Made by a program: the position numbers and the translations under genes
In this document: positions 17,830-26,988 of the stretch, piece by piece
Numbering within the stretch: position 1 is the stretch's first letter
Layout of the letters: every line of letters begins with the position of its first letter
Notes under the pieces: model-generated
Told to the model about the DNA's origin: nothing
The model's database searches: none
What the model saw: the letters and a program-made list of their open reading frames with translations, nothing else
DNA from: Vicinamibacteria bacterium
Lineage (GTDB): Bacteria; Acidobacteriota; Vicinamibacteria; Marinacidobacterales; Marinacidobacteraceae
DNA length: 64,000 bases
Direction of reading: 5' to 3'
Assembly (NCBI GenBank): GCA_965199715.1
Contig: OZ241322.1
Location: 2,112,001-2,176,000, forward strand

Positions 17830-19587
17830 TTTCGCCTCCTGCTGGTCGCGATCCTCGCGGTGGCGTGGCAGGCGCTCGCCCAGTCGTCCGTGCTGGACGC
17901 CGCCATGCGCGGCGATCTCGCGGCGCTCAAGGAGCGCGTGCGCTCGGGCGGCGACGTGAACGCGGCGCAGGGCGACGGGTTCACCGCGCTGCACTGGGCG
18001 GCGAAGCTCGGGAACGAGGAGATCGCCCGGGTGCTGATCGCGGCGGGGGCGGACGTGCGGGCGACGACCCGGATCGGCAACCACATGCCGCTCCACGTCG
18101 CGGCGGCGGCCGGTCAGGCCGGAGTCGCCGAGGCGCTGCTCGGGGGCGGGGCTCCGATCGCCCCGGCCACCGCCACCGGCGCCCTGCCGATCCACTTCGC
18201 CGCCGCCGCCGGCGATCCGAAGACCGTCCGGGCGCTTCTCGCGGCGGGCGCCGATCCCGGAGCGACCGAGGAGCATTGGGGCATGACGCCCCTCATGTTC
18301 GCCTCGGTGCGCGACCGGACGACGGTGATTCCCGTGCTGCTCGGGGCGGGCGCCGACGCGGACGCGGCCGCGAACGTCCTCGACGTGGTGGAGCGCGCCC
18401 GGCTCGACGCCGAGGAGCGCCGGGCGTGGCAGGAGCAGCTCGCCGCCGAGCGCGGGGAGTCCGGCGTGCTCCGCGCCGAACGGCCGCTCACGGCCACCGG
18501 CTCCGATCCGACGCGCGGAACCGGCGGGACCGGCGGCGGCGCGCCCCCCGAGCCCGAGGCGCGCGAGCGCGACCCGGACGAGCCCCGCCCGCTCAGCTAC
18601 GAGGAGCGGGTGCGCTCCCACGGCGGCCTCACCGCGCTGCTCCTCGCCGCGCGCGAGGGACAGGTCGCGTCCGCGCTCGCGCTTCTCGACGCCGGGGCCG
18701 ACGTGAACCGGCCTGCCGAGGGGACCGGCACCACGCCGCTGCTCATGGCGGTCATCAACGGGCACTTCGACCTCGCGATGACGCTGCTCGGACGGGGCGC
18801 CGACCCCACGATCGCCGACGTCCAGGGCGCGACGCCGCTCTACGGAGCCGTCAACACCTATTGGATCCCGAAGGCCCGTCACCCGCAGCCCGCCGACTAC
18901 CTGCGCCAGGAGACTTCGCACCTCGATCTCATGCAGGCGCTCATCGACGCGGGAGCCGACGTGGACGCGCGGATCGACCACTCGCTCTGGTACACGGTCT
19001 TCAACGTGGACCAGCTCGGCGTGGACCGCAGCGGCGCCACCGCGTTCTGGCGCGCCGCCTACGCGCTCGACGTCCCGGCGATGAAACTGCTCGTCGAAAA
19101 CGGCGCGAACCCCCACCTTCCCACGGTGAAGGTTCCGGAACGGCGACGGCTTCCGAACCTGCTCGAGGAGGGCGAGGCCGATCCGTCCGGCCTGCCTCCG
19201 TCCGAGCTCGGGGATCCCGCCGTCTATCCGATCCACGCCGCCGCCGGAGTCGGCTACGGCCTCGGCCTCGCCGCCAACTCGCATCGCCACGCCCCGGACG
19301 CATGGATGCCCGCCGTCCGGTACCTGGTGGAGGAGGCGGGCGCCGACGTGAGCGTGCGCGACCACAACGGATACACCACCATCCACCATGCGGCCTCGCG
19401 CGGCCACACCGAGATGGTCCAGTACTTGATCGACCACGGCGCCGACCCGCTCGCGGTCGCCCGGACCGGCCAGACGACGATCGATCTCGCGAACGGCCCG
19501 GTGCAGCGGATCAACCCGTTCCCGGAAACCATCGCGCTGCTCGAGACGTACGGAGCGAAGAACAACCACGCATGCGTCGGTTGTTGA
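17824..19587 (+). CDS. Exported ankyrin-repeat protein ending in CVGC, copy 2
   Basis: Paralog of 11906-13861; ends NNHACVGC. Confidence 0.88.
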   Translation: MTFRLLLVAILAVAWQALAQSSVLDAAMRGDLAALKERVRSGGDVNAAQGDGFTALHWAAKLGNEEIARVLIAAGADVRATTRIGNHMPLHVAAAAGQAGVAEALLGGGAPIAPATATGALPIHFAAAAGDPKTVRALLAAGADPGATEEHWGMTPLMFASVRDRTTVIPVLLGAGADADAAANVLDVVERARLDAEERRAWQEQLAAERGESGVLRAERPLTATGSDPTRGTGGTGGGAPPEPEARERDPDEPRPLSYEERVRSHGGLTALLLAAREGQVASALALLDAGADVNRPAEGTGTTPLLMAVINGHFDLAMTLLGRGADPTIADVQGATPLYGAVNTYWIPKARHPQPADYLRQETSHLDLMQALIDAGADVDARIDHSLWYTVFNVDQLGVDRSGATAFWRAAYALDVPAMKLLVENGANPHLPTVKVPERRRLPNLLEEGEADPSGLPPSELGDPAVYPIHAAAGVGYGLGLAANSHRHAPDAWMPAVRYLVEEAGADVSVRDHNGYTTIHHAASRGHTEMVQYLIDHGADPLAVARTGQTTIDLANGPVQRINPFPETIALLETYGAKNNHACVGC

Positions 19588-19616
19588 TCCGCTCCGCTCT
19601 CTCGCGAGGAATCCCG

Positions 19617-20531
19617 ATGCGCCCGCTCCTTCTCTCCGCTCTCGCGCTGCTGCTCGCCGCGCCCGCCCTCGCGCAGGATCCCGACTGGGACGCCGTCGAG
19701 ATCACCTCCGAGGATCTCGGGAACGGCGTCCACGTGCTGTTCGGCCGGGGCGGCAACATCGGCGTCAGCGCCGGAGCCGACGGGGCGCTGCTCGTCGATG
19801 ACCAGTACGCGCCGCTCACCGACAAGATCCTCGCCGCCGTCGGCGGGATCACCGACGAGCCGGTCCGGTTCGTCGTGAACACGCACTGGCACGGCGACCA
19901 CACCGGCGGCAACGAGAACCTCGGGAAGGCCGGCAGCCTCATCGTGGCGCACGAGAACGTCCGCCGCCGGATGAACCCCGCCGACTTCGCCGACCTCGTC
20001 GGCCGCAGCGACCAGGCGGCCCCCGAAGCGCTCCCGGTGGTCACCTTCGAGCACGGCGTCACCCTGCACTGGAACGGTCTCGCCATCGAGGCCGTCCACG
20101 CCCCGAGCGCCCACACCGACGGCGATTCGATCATCTTCTTCGAGGGCGCCGACGTCGTCCACATGGGCGACCTCTTCTTCAACGGCGCCTTCCCGTTCAT
20201 CGACGTGGACTCGGGCGGCCACATCGACGGCCTGATCGCCGCCGCCGCGCTCGTCGCCGACCGCACCGACGCCCAGACCCAGATCATTCCCGGACACGGT
20301 CCGATGGCCGACCGGGCGCGGCTGCTGCGCTACCAAGCGGCGCTCGAGGCGGCGAAGGAGCGCATCGGCGCCCGGGTCGAGGCGGGCCAGTCGGAGGACG
20401 AGGCCGCGGCGGACTACGCGGCGCTCGTCACCGGGATCGGGACCGACGTCGGCTGGTCCCCCGACGCCGCCGGCTTCGTGAACGCGGAGCGGTTCGTCCG
20501 GCTCGTCCACCGGAGCCTCAGCTCGAACTAG
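19617..20531 (+). CDS. MBL-fold metallo-hydrolase (cyclase-like), exported
   Basis: Signal peptide, NTHWHGDHTGGN, AHTDGD, HMGD and IIPGHG. Confidence 0.88.
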   Translation: MRPLLLSALALLLAAPALAQDPDWDAVEITSEDLGNGVHVLFGRGGNIGVSAGADGALLVDDQYAPLTDKILAAVGGITDEPVRFVVNTHWHGDHTGGNENLGKAGSLIVAHENVRRRMNPADFADLVGRSDQAAPEALPVVTFEHGVTLHWNGLAIEAVHAPSAHTDGDSIIFFEGADVVHMGDLFFNGAFPFIDVDSGGHIDGLIAAAALVADRTDAQTQIIPGHGPMADRARLLRYQAALEAAKERIGARVEAGQSEDEAAADYAALVTGIGTDVGWSPDAAGFVNAERFVRLVHRSLSSN

Positions 20532-22030
20532 CGCGAGACCGGCTCCAGCGTCAGCGGGTCGCGCTCCGGCAGGTGCGTGATCTTCCCGCCGAACAGCGCG
20601 TCGAGGCTACTGCGCCCTTCCGGATCGCCGGGCGCCACGTCCCCGAACACGCCCACGACCAGCATCACCATCTCCTCGGGGCGGAGGTACTTCCGCGCGG
20701 CTTCGCGGACGGCTTCGGCGGTGACCGCCTCCACCTGCTCGCGCCAGCGCGCCCAGTAGGCGTGATCGCGGGCGTAGAGCACGTCGGCGGCGAAGATGCC
20801 GCTGCGGGCTGAAGCGCTCTCGAACCGGCGCGGGAAGCTGTCCACGAGCGCCCGCTTCGCGACCGCGAGCTCCTCGTCGGGAACCAGGTCGTCGCGCATC
20901 CGGTTCACTTCCTCGAGGCAGATGGCCGCGGCCAGCGCGACCGTGGGGCTTTGCGACTGGAACCCGAGCGAGTAGTCGCTCGCGCCGAGCGGGTTCAGGT
21001 TGTAGCGGCCGCCCGCGCCGTAGGCGAGGCCCTCGTCGGACCGCACGCGCTGCATGATCCGGGACGTGAAGCCGCTCGCGCCGAGCACGTGATCCATGAC
21101 CTGGATGGCGGCGCGGTCCGGGTTCTCCCAGTCGGTCCAGCGCGGCCCGAGGTGGCCGATGCGCACCTTGCCCTGCGGAATGTCCTTCTCCACGAAGTAG
21201 ATCCCCGCCGCGGGCGACGCGGTCTCCTCCTCGGGCGGCCACGCGACGGCCGCGTCGGACTCCGGCTCCGGCCACTGCGCGAGCCGGTCGCCCAGCTCGG
21301 CGAGGATCGCCTCCGCGTCCACGTCGCCCGACACCGAGATCACCATGTGCTCGGGCCGCCAGTACTTCCGGTGGAACGCGCGGAGGTCGTCGGTTCCGAC
21401 CGCCTCCACGTGCGCCGCGGCGCGCTTGCGGCCCCGGTGATGCGCCTCGCCGTACAGCAGCATGTCCCACTCCCGGCGCAGGAGCGCGTCCCCGTCATCG
21501 TTGCGCTGCTTCATGTCCTCGAGGAGGTTCCCCTTGCGCACTTCGAGCCGCGCCTCGTCGAAGCGGGGCCGCCGGAGCACGTCGAAGAAGAGGTCGAGGC
21601 TCTCGTCGAGCACCGGCGTGATCGTCCGCAGCGAGGCGCTCGACTGGACGCCCGAGGACGAGGTGCTGATCGAGGCGGCGAGGAACTCGATCCGCTCGTC
21701 CAGTTCGTCGGGGGATCGCTCGCCGGCCCCGCCGGTGCGCATCATCCCCGCGGTCATCGAAGCCAGGCCCACTTGGTCCGCCGGATCGAGGAACGAGCCG
21801 ATCCGCAGCGTGATCGACACGCGCACGAGCGGCAGCGCGTGGTCCTCGACGACGACCGCCGGGACCCCGTCCGGCGCCCCCGGATGCGGAATCCGGTGCA
21901 CGGACTCGGCGCCGTCGGGCACCGTGAAGTCGAAGTCGGGGAACGTCAGGTCTTCCGGACGGTCCGGGATCTCCACCTGCGCCGCCGCCGGCGCGGCCAG
22001 AAGCAGCGCGGTCGCGAGGAACGTTCTCAT
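20528..22030 (-). CDS. M16 (pitrilysin) peptidase, non-catalytic subunit
   Basis: Signal peptide, VEDHALPLV, RVRSDEGLAY (R/Y pair); no HxxEH motif. Confidence 0.85.
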   Translation of the reverse strand: MRTFLATALLLAAPAAAQVEIPDRPEDLTFPDFDFTVPDGAESVHRIPHPGAPDGVPAVVVEDHALPLVRVSITLRIGSFLDPADQVGLASMTAGMMRTGGAGERSPDELDERIEFLAASISTSSSGVQSSASLRTITPVLDESLDLFFDVLRRPRFDEARLEVRKGNLLEDMKQRNDDGDALLRREWDMLLYGEAHHRGRKRAAAHVEAVGTDDLRAFHRKYWRPEHMVISVSGDVDAEAILAELGDRLAQWPEPESDAAVAWPPEEETASPAAGIYFVEKDIPQGKVRIGHLGPRWTDWENPDRAAIQVMDHVLGASGFTSRIMQRVRSDEGLAYGAGGRYNLNPLGASDYSLGFQSQSPTVALAAAICLEEVNRMRDDLVPDEELAVAKRALVDSFPRRFESASARSGIFAADVLYARDHAYWARWREQVEAVTAEAVREAARKYLRPEEMVMLVVGVFGDVAPGDPEGRSSLDALFGGKITHLPERDPLTLEPVSR

Positions 22031-23775
22031 TGCAGGCCTCCCGGTTCCAGTTCGGCGAGCCGTTCCCGGATCACCCCGACGACGTACTCGAGCGCCGGAC
22101 GCATCGGCGGCGGCGCCTGTCCCATCCCCTGCTCGAACTGGGCGAGCGCCCCCTCGAGCGCGGTCCGGTCCTCGCTGGCGCGGATCTCCCGGGTCTGCGC
22201 CATCACCTGGCTGCGAACCTCCGCCGGAAGGCCCTCGAGTTCGGGGGGCACCTCCTCGGCGACCGAACCTTCCGTCCGGAAGTAGTGCGCCACCGAGCGC
22301 TTGTCGGGGACGAGGTACTCCCCGGCGACCCGCCGGAGGTCCTCGGCGGTCACCGCGAGCGAGTCCTCGGTCCACGTGTTCAGGTACTCCCACTCGCCGA
22401 GCGAGTCGTACACGAGAAGCTGGACCAGCAGGAAGAACGGACTCTCGAGCCGCTCGTAGGCGGCGGCGGTGATCTGGTTCTGGACTTTCTGGATCTCCTC
22501 GGCGGGAATCTCTTCCTCGACCAGCTTCCGGATCTCCTCGCCGATCGCCGCCTCCAGTTCGGCGGGGCTCGTCTCGCCCCGCGCCTCGGCGTTGAACTCG
22601 AAGTACCCGCCGTACTTCATGTTGTTCTGGAAGGCGCCCGCCGAGCTCGCGATCTCGCTCCCGAGCACCATGGACCGGTAGAGCCGCCCGGTGCGGCCGT
22701 TGAGGAGGCCCGCCAGCACGTCGAGCGCGTACATGTCCTTGTGGCGGAAGGGGACCGAGTGGTAGCGCAGCTTCACCTGCGGCTGGCAGTCGCAGCTTGC
22801 GGCCATGCGCTTCTCGGCGTTCTGCTCCATCTCGAGCGTGACCACGTCGGGAGGCCGGTCGCCCGCCGGGAGCCGCCCGAAGTACGCCGTCGCGAGCCGC
22901 TTCGCCTCCTCGGGATCGAAGTTGCCCACGAGCGCGGCGATCAGGTTGCCGGGCGCGTACCACGTCTCGTAGTACTCGTTCGCCTGTTCGAGGGTGTAGG
23001 AACGCAGGTCGGACGGCCAGCCGATCACCGGCCACGAATACGGGTGCGACTGCCAGAACATGGCGTTGAACGCCTCGTCGAACTCGCCGGTGGGGGTGGA
23101 CTCGGTCCGCAGCCGCCGCTCCTCGTGGACCACGTCGCGCTCGGTGTAGAACTCGCGGAACACCGGCCGCAGCAGCCGCTCGGACTCCATCCAGAACCAC
23201 AGCTCCAGCCGGTTCTGGGGCACGGTGATGAAGTACACGGTGTTGTCCTGCGAGGTGAAGGCGTTCATCCCGGTGCCTCCCGCCTCGGTGTAGATGCGGT
23301 CGAACTCGTCCTTCACGACGAGCTCGCGCTGCTCGTCGGCGAGCCGCTGGAACTCCGCCTCCAGCCGCGCCATCTCCTCGGACTTGTCCTCCTCGCCGAA
23401 GGGATCGTCGATCTCGCCGAGGCGGTGCCGCTCCCGGCGCTCCCGGTGGATCTCGCGGATCGCCTCCTGGACGGCCTCCTGCTCCTCGATGACCGCCGCG
23501 TCCCGCTCGGGATCGTTCGTCCCGACCCGCGGCGATCCCTTGAACATCATGTGCTCGAAGAAGTGGCTGATCCCGGTGATCCCGGGCCGCTCGTTCACCG
23601 AGCCCACCTTGGCGACCCAGCCGCCGCTGACGGTGGTCATGTCGTCGCGGGACACGAGCAGAAAACGCATGCCGTTGTCGAGCTGGAACTCCTCGACCGG
23701 CACGCGGGCCTGCGCTCCGGCCAGCGTCGGCGCGACCGCCAGCGCCGCGAGCGGAGCGATGCGAATTCGTCTCAT
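22027..23775 (-). CDS. M16 zinc peptidase, catalytic subunit
   Basis: LDNGM, VGSVNE..GITGISHFFEHMMFKGS (HxxEH), NAFTS and EERR. Confidence 0.92.
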   Translation of the reverse strand: MRRIRIAPLAALAVAPTLAGAQARVPVEEFQLDNGMRFLLVSRDDMTTVSGGWVAKVGSVNERPGITGISHFFEHMMFKGSPRVGTNDPERDAAVIEEQEAVQEAIREIHRERRERHRLGEIDDPFGEEDKSEEMARLEAEFQRLADEQRELVVKDEFDRIYTEAGGTGMNAFTSQDNTVYFITVPQNRLELWFWMESERLLRPVFREFYTERDVVHEERRLRTESTPTGEFDEAFNAMFWQSHPYSWPVIGWPSDLRSYTLEQANEYYETWYAPGNLIAALVGNFDPEEAKRLATAYFGRLPAGDRPPDVVTLEMEQNAEKRMAASCDCQPQVKLRYHSVPFRHKDMYALDVLAGLLNGRTGRLYRSMVLGSEIASSAGAFQNNMKYGGYFEFNAEARGETSPAELEAAIGEEIRKLVEEEIPAEEIQKVQNQITAAAYERLESPFFLLVQLLVYDSLGEWEYLNTWTEDSLAVTAEDLRRVAGEYLVPDKRSVAHYFRTEGSVAEEVPPELEGLPAEVRSQVMAQTREIRASEDRTALEGALAQFEQGMGQAPPPMRPALEYVVGVIRERLAELEPGGLQ

Positions 23776-23829
23776 GCCGGCACCATAGCAGCGCACTGCT
23801 AGCATCCTGAATCCTTGGAGGGCCGACCG

Positions 23830-25557
23830 ATGTTCCACTCGCTCGCCGGCGCGGCGCGCCGGTTCGCACCCGCCGTCCTCGCGCTCGCGGTGGGATCCCA
23901 GGTCGACGCCCGCAGCGTCGCCGTCCGCGCCCGCCAGGGCATGGTCATCTCCCAGAACGCGGTGGCTTCCGAGGTCGGCGCGGCCGTCCTGCGCGAGGGC
24001 GGGAACGCCGTGGACGCGGCCGTCGCCACCGCCTTCGCGCTCGCGGTCACGCACCCGACCGCCGGAAACATCGGCGGCGGCGGGTTCCTCGTCTGGAGGC
24101 CGGCCGACGGCGGCGACCCGCTCGCCTACGACTTCCGCGAGATGGCCCCGGCGGCGGCGACTCCCGACATGTGGCTCGACGAGAACGGCGAGTACAGCTT
24201 CCAGATCCACCACCTGAGCCACAAGGCGGTCGGCGTTCCGGGAACGGTGGCCGGCCTGCGGCTCGCGTGGGAGCAGCAGGGCACGCTCCCGTGGGAGCGG
24301 CTCGTGCGCCCGGCGGTGGAGATGGCGCGCGACGGGTTCGAGGTCACCCACGGGCTCGCCGGTTCGCTCGCGCGGGTGCTCGACCGGATGGCGGCCTACC
24401 CGGCGTCGACGGCCCAGTTCTCGCGCGACGGGACTCCCTACGAGGCCGGCGAAACCCTGCGCCAGCCCGACCTCGCGGCGAGCCTCGAGCGCATCCTCGA
24501 GAACGGCGTGGCCGGCTTCTACGAGGGCGCGACGGCCGAGATGCTGGTGAAGGAGATGGAGGAGAACGGCGGCCTCATCACGCTGGAGGACCTCAAGAAC
24601 TACAAGGCGCACGTGCGCGAGCCGATCCGGGGCACCTACCGGGGCCACGAGATCATCTCGATGCCGCCCCCGAGCTCGGGCGGCGTGGCGCTCGTCCAGA
24701 TGCTCAACATCCTCGAGGCGCGCGACCTCGCCGGCGCCGGGTTCGGCTCGGCGGAGAACGTCCACCACATGGTCGAGGCGATGCGCCGGGCGTACGCGGA
24801 CCGGGCGCGCTTCCTCGGCGACCCCGACTTCAACCCGGACATCCCGATCGAGCGCCTCACCTCGAAGGAGTACGCCGCCGAGCTTCGCCGGACCATCGAG
24901 GACCGGCGCGCCTCGGTGTCCAGCCCGACGAGCTTCGAGTGGACGACCGAGAGCGAGGAGACCACCCATCTTTCGGTCGTGGACGCGGACCGCAACGCGG
25001 TCTCGCTCACCTACACGCTCGAGTTCGGCTACGGCTCGGGGATCGTCGCGCCGGGCACCGGCTTCCTGCTCAACAACGAGATGGGCGACTTCAACGGCGC
25101 TCCCGGGCTCACCAACGAGCGCGGGCTGATCGGGACCGGTCCCAACCTCGCGGCGCCCGGCAAGCGCATGCTCTCCAGCATGACCCCGACGATCGTGGCG
25201 AAGGACGGCGAGCTCTTCATGGTCACCGGCACCCCCGGCGGGCGCACCATCATCAACACCGTGATGCAGACGATCCTGAACGTCGTGGATCACGGGATGA
25301 ACGCGCAGGAGGCGGTGGACGCCGGACGCATCCACCACCAGTGGCTCCCGGACACGATCATCTACGAGGAGCAGAAGTTCTCGCCCGACACGGTGACGAT
25401 GCTCGAGTCGTGGGGGCACGCGCTGACCTCGAGGGAGGCGCAGGGAGCCGCCGAGGTGATCCTGAACCTCGTGGACGAGGGCGTCCTCGAGGGCGGCGTG
25501 GACCAGCGGGCCCCCGACGGGGGCGCCGGCGTCCATGACGAGCGGAGCCAGCAGTGA
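23830..25557 (+). CDS. ggt: Gamma-glutamyltransferase
   Basis: GGNAVDAAVA, GNIGGGGF, DFRE.AP, PPPSSGG, ETTHLS (Thr nucleophile), LNNEMGDF, SSMTPT and GTPGG. Confidence 0.93.
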   Translation: MFHSLAGAARRFAPAVLALAVGSQVDARSVAVRARQGMVISQNAVASEVGAAVLREGGNAVDAAVATAFALAVTHPTAGNIGGGGFLVWRPADGGDPLAYDFREMAPAAATPDMWLDENGEYSFQIHHLSHKAVGVPGTVAGLRLAWEQQGTLPWERLVRPAVEMARDGFEVTHGLAGSLARVLDRMAAYPASTAQFSRDGTPYEAGETLRQPDLAASLERILENGVAGFYEGATAEMLVKEMEENGGLITLEDLKNYKAHVREPIRGTYRGHEIISMPPPSSGGVALVQMLNILEARDLAGAGFGSAENVHHMVEAMRRAYADRARFLGDPDFNPDIPIERLTSKEYAAELRRTIEDRRASVSSPTSFEWTTESEETTHLSVVDADRNAVSLTYTLEFGYGSGIVAPGTGFLLNNEMGDFNGAPGLTNERGLIGTGPNLAAPGKRMLSSMTPTIVAKDGELFMVTGTPGGRTIINTVMQTILNVVDHGMNAQEAVDAGRIHHQWLPDTIIYEEQKFSPDTVTMLESWGHALTSREAQGAAEVILNLVDEGVLEGGVDQRAPDGGAGVHDERSQQ

Positions 25558-26063
25558 GGCTCGCGCTTCTCCTCGCGTTCCTCGCCGGGGCGCAGGACCA
25601 GGGCCTCGGCGACATCCACAACTTCGTGCGGATCTCCGACCGGCTCTCGACCTCCGGCCAGATTGACGACGCCGAGATCGCCCGCATCGGCGACGCCGGC
25701 TTCGACGTGGTGGTGAACCTCGCGCCGGCGCGGCGCGAGCGCAACCTCGAGGAGGGGTTCCGGGTGACCGACGCCGGGATGGCCTACTTCCAGATCCCGG
25801 TGGACTGGCAGGATCCGGCGCTCGACGACCTCGACCTCTTCTTCCAGGTCATGGACGTCACGAGCGACCGCTCGGTGTACGTCCACTGCTTCGCCAACAT
25901 GCGGGTGTCGGTGTTCGTGTACCTCTACCGGACGCTGCGCGAGGGCGCATCCGAGGCCGAGGCGCGGACGGACCTGCTCAAGGTCTGGGATCCGGCCGAG
26001 GATCCGGAGTACGCCCAGTGGCCCCGGTTCATCGAGGCGGCGCGGGAGCGGTTCGGGAGTTGA
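25554..26063 (+). CDS. Protein-tyrosine-phosphatase-like (DUF442/BLH-type) protein
   Basis: TSGQ, IPVDW and VHCFANMR (Cx4R variant of the P-loop). GTGA-coupled to ggt. Confidence 0.75.
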   Translation: MRLALLLAFLAGAQDQGLGDIHNFVRISDRLSTSGQIDDAEIARIGDAGFDVVVNLAPARRERNLEEGFRVTDAGMAYFQIPVDWQDPALDDLDLFFQVMDVTSDRSVYVHCFANMRVSVFVYLYRTLREGASEAEARTDLLKVWDPAEDPEYAQWPRFIEAARERFGS

Positions 26064-26988
26064 CGCTCGTCCGCAGGGCGCGTTCCTGCGGTGAGAGGTC
26101 GTCGAGGTCCGGCACGACCAGCGTGCCGATTCCCTCGGGGGTGAAGATTTCGAGCAGGAGGCTGTCCGGCACGTCCACCGGAATCAGGTGGGCGCGGGCC
26201 ACGCCGCCCCGCAGCGCCTGAGTGACGCACCGCGCCTTCGGGCGCATGCCGGTCCGGACCGCGCCCGACCCGGTCAGCCGGTTCAGCTCCTTCAGGTCGA
26301 GGAAGGAGATCACGCTGGACGGGTCCGCCGGATCGCGCAGCAGCCCGGGAGCCGCGCCCAGCAGGATCAGCTTCTCGGCGCGCAGCGCCCCGGCGAGCGC
26401 CGCCGCGACCGTGTCGGCGTTGATGTTCAGCAGCGTCCCCGACTCGTCGGCGGAGAGCGGGCTCACCACCGGGACGTTCCCGAGCCGGAGCTGCTCGGTG
26501 AGCACCTCGGCCCGCACGCCGTGGACGTCCCCGACGAGGCCGTAGTCCACTATCTCACCGTCCACTTCCACCGGACGGCGGCGGCGCGCGGCGATGAGGC
26601 CGCCGGACACCCCGGAGAAGCCGATCGCCGGAAGGTCCCACGCCCGGCACGCGGCGAGGATGCGGGTGTTGATCTCGCCGTTCATCGCCATGGCCATGAC
26701 GCGGATCCCGCTCTCGTCGGTGACCCGCCGCCCGGCGACGAAGCGCGTCTCGACTCCGAGCGCGCCGGCGAGCTCGGTCCCCTGCGGACCGCCGCCGTGG
26801 ACGAACACCACCTGGATCCCGAGCCGGTGGAGCAGCGCGACCTGCTCCACGACGGCGGCGATCCCCGACTCGCTGGCCATCGTGGCGCCGCCCGCCTTGA
26901 TGAGGAGCGTGCGCCCCCGGTAGCGCTTGAGGTACGGCGCGGCGTGCTTGAGGGCGCGCACCCGCGTCGCCCGCTCCTGCGGGTCCAT
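26029..26988 (-). CDS. argB: Acetylglutamate kinase
   Basis: IKAGG, VHGGGPQ, GRRVTD, NINADTVA and GMRPK; arg operon context. Confidence 0.92.
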   Translation of the reverse strand: MDPQERATRVRALKHAAPYLKRYRGRTLLIKAGGATMASESGIAAVVEQVALLHRLGIQVVFVHGGGPQGTELAGALGVETRFVAGRRVTDESGIRVMAMAMNGEINTRILAACRAWDLPAIGFSGVSGGLIAARRRRPVEVDGEIVDYGLVGDVHGVRAEVLTEQLRLGNVPVVSPLSADESGTLLNINADTVAAALAGALRAEKLILLGAAPGLLRDPADPSSVISFLDLKELNRLTGSGAVRTGMRPKARCVTQALRGGVARAHLIPVDVPDSLLLEIFTPEGIGTLVVPDLDDLSPQERALRTSVNSRTAPAPPR

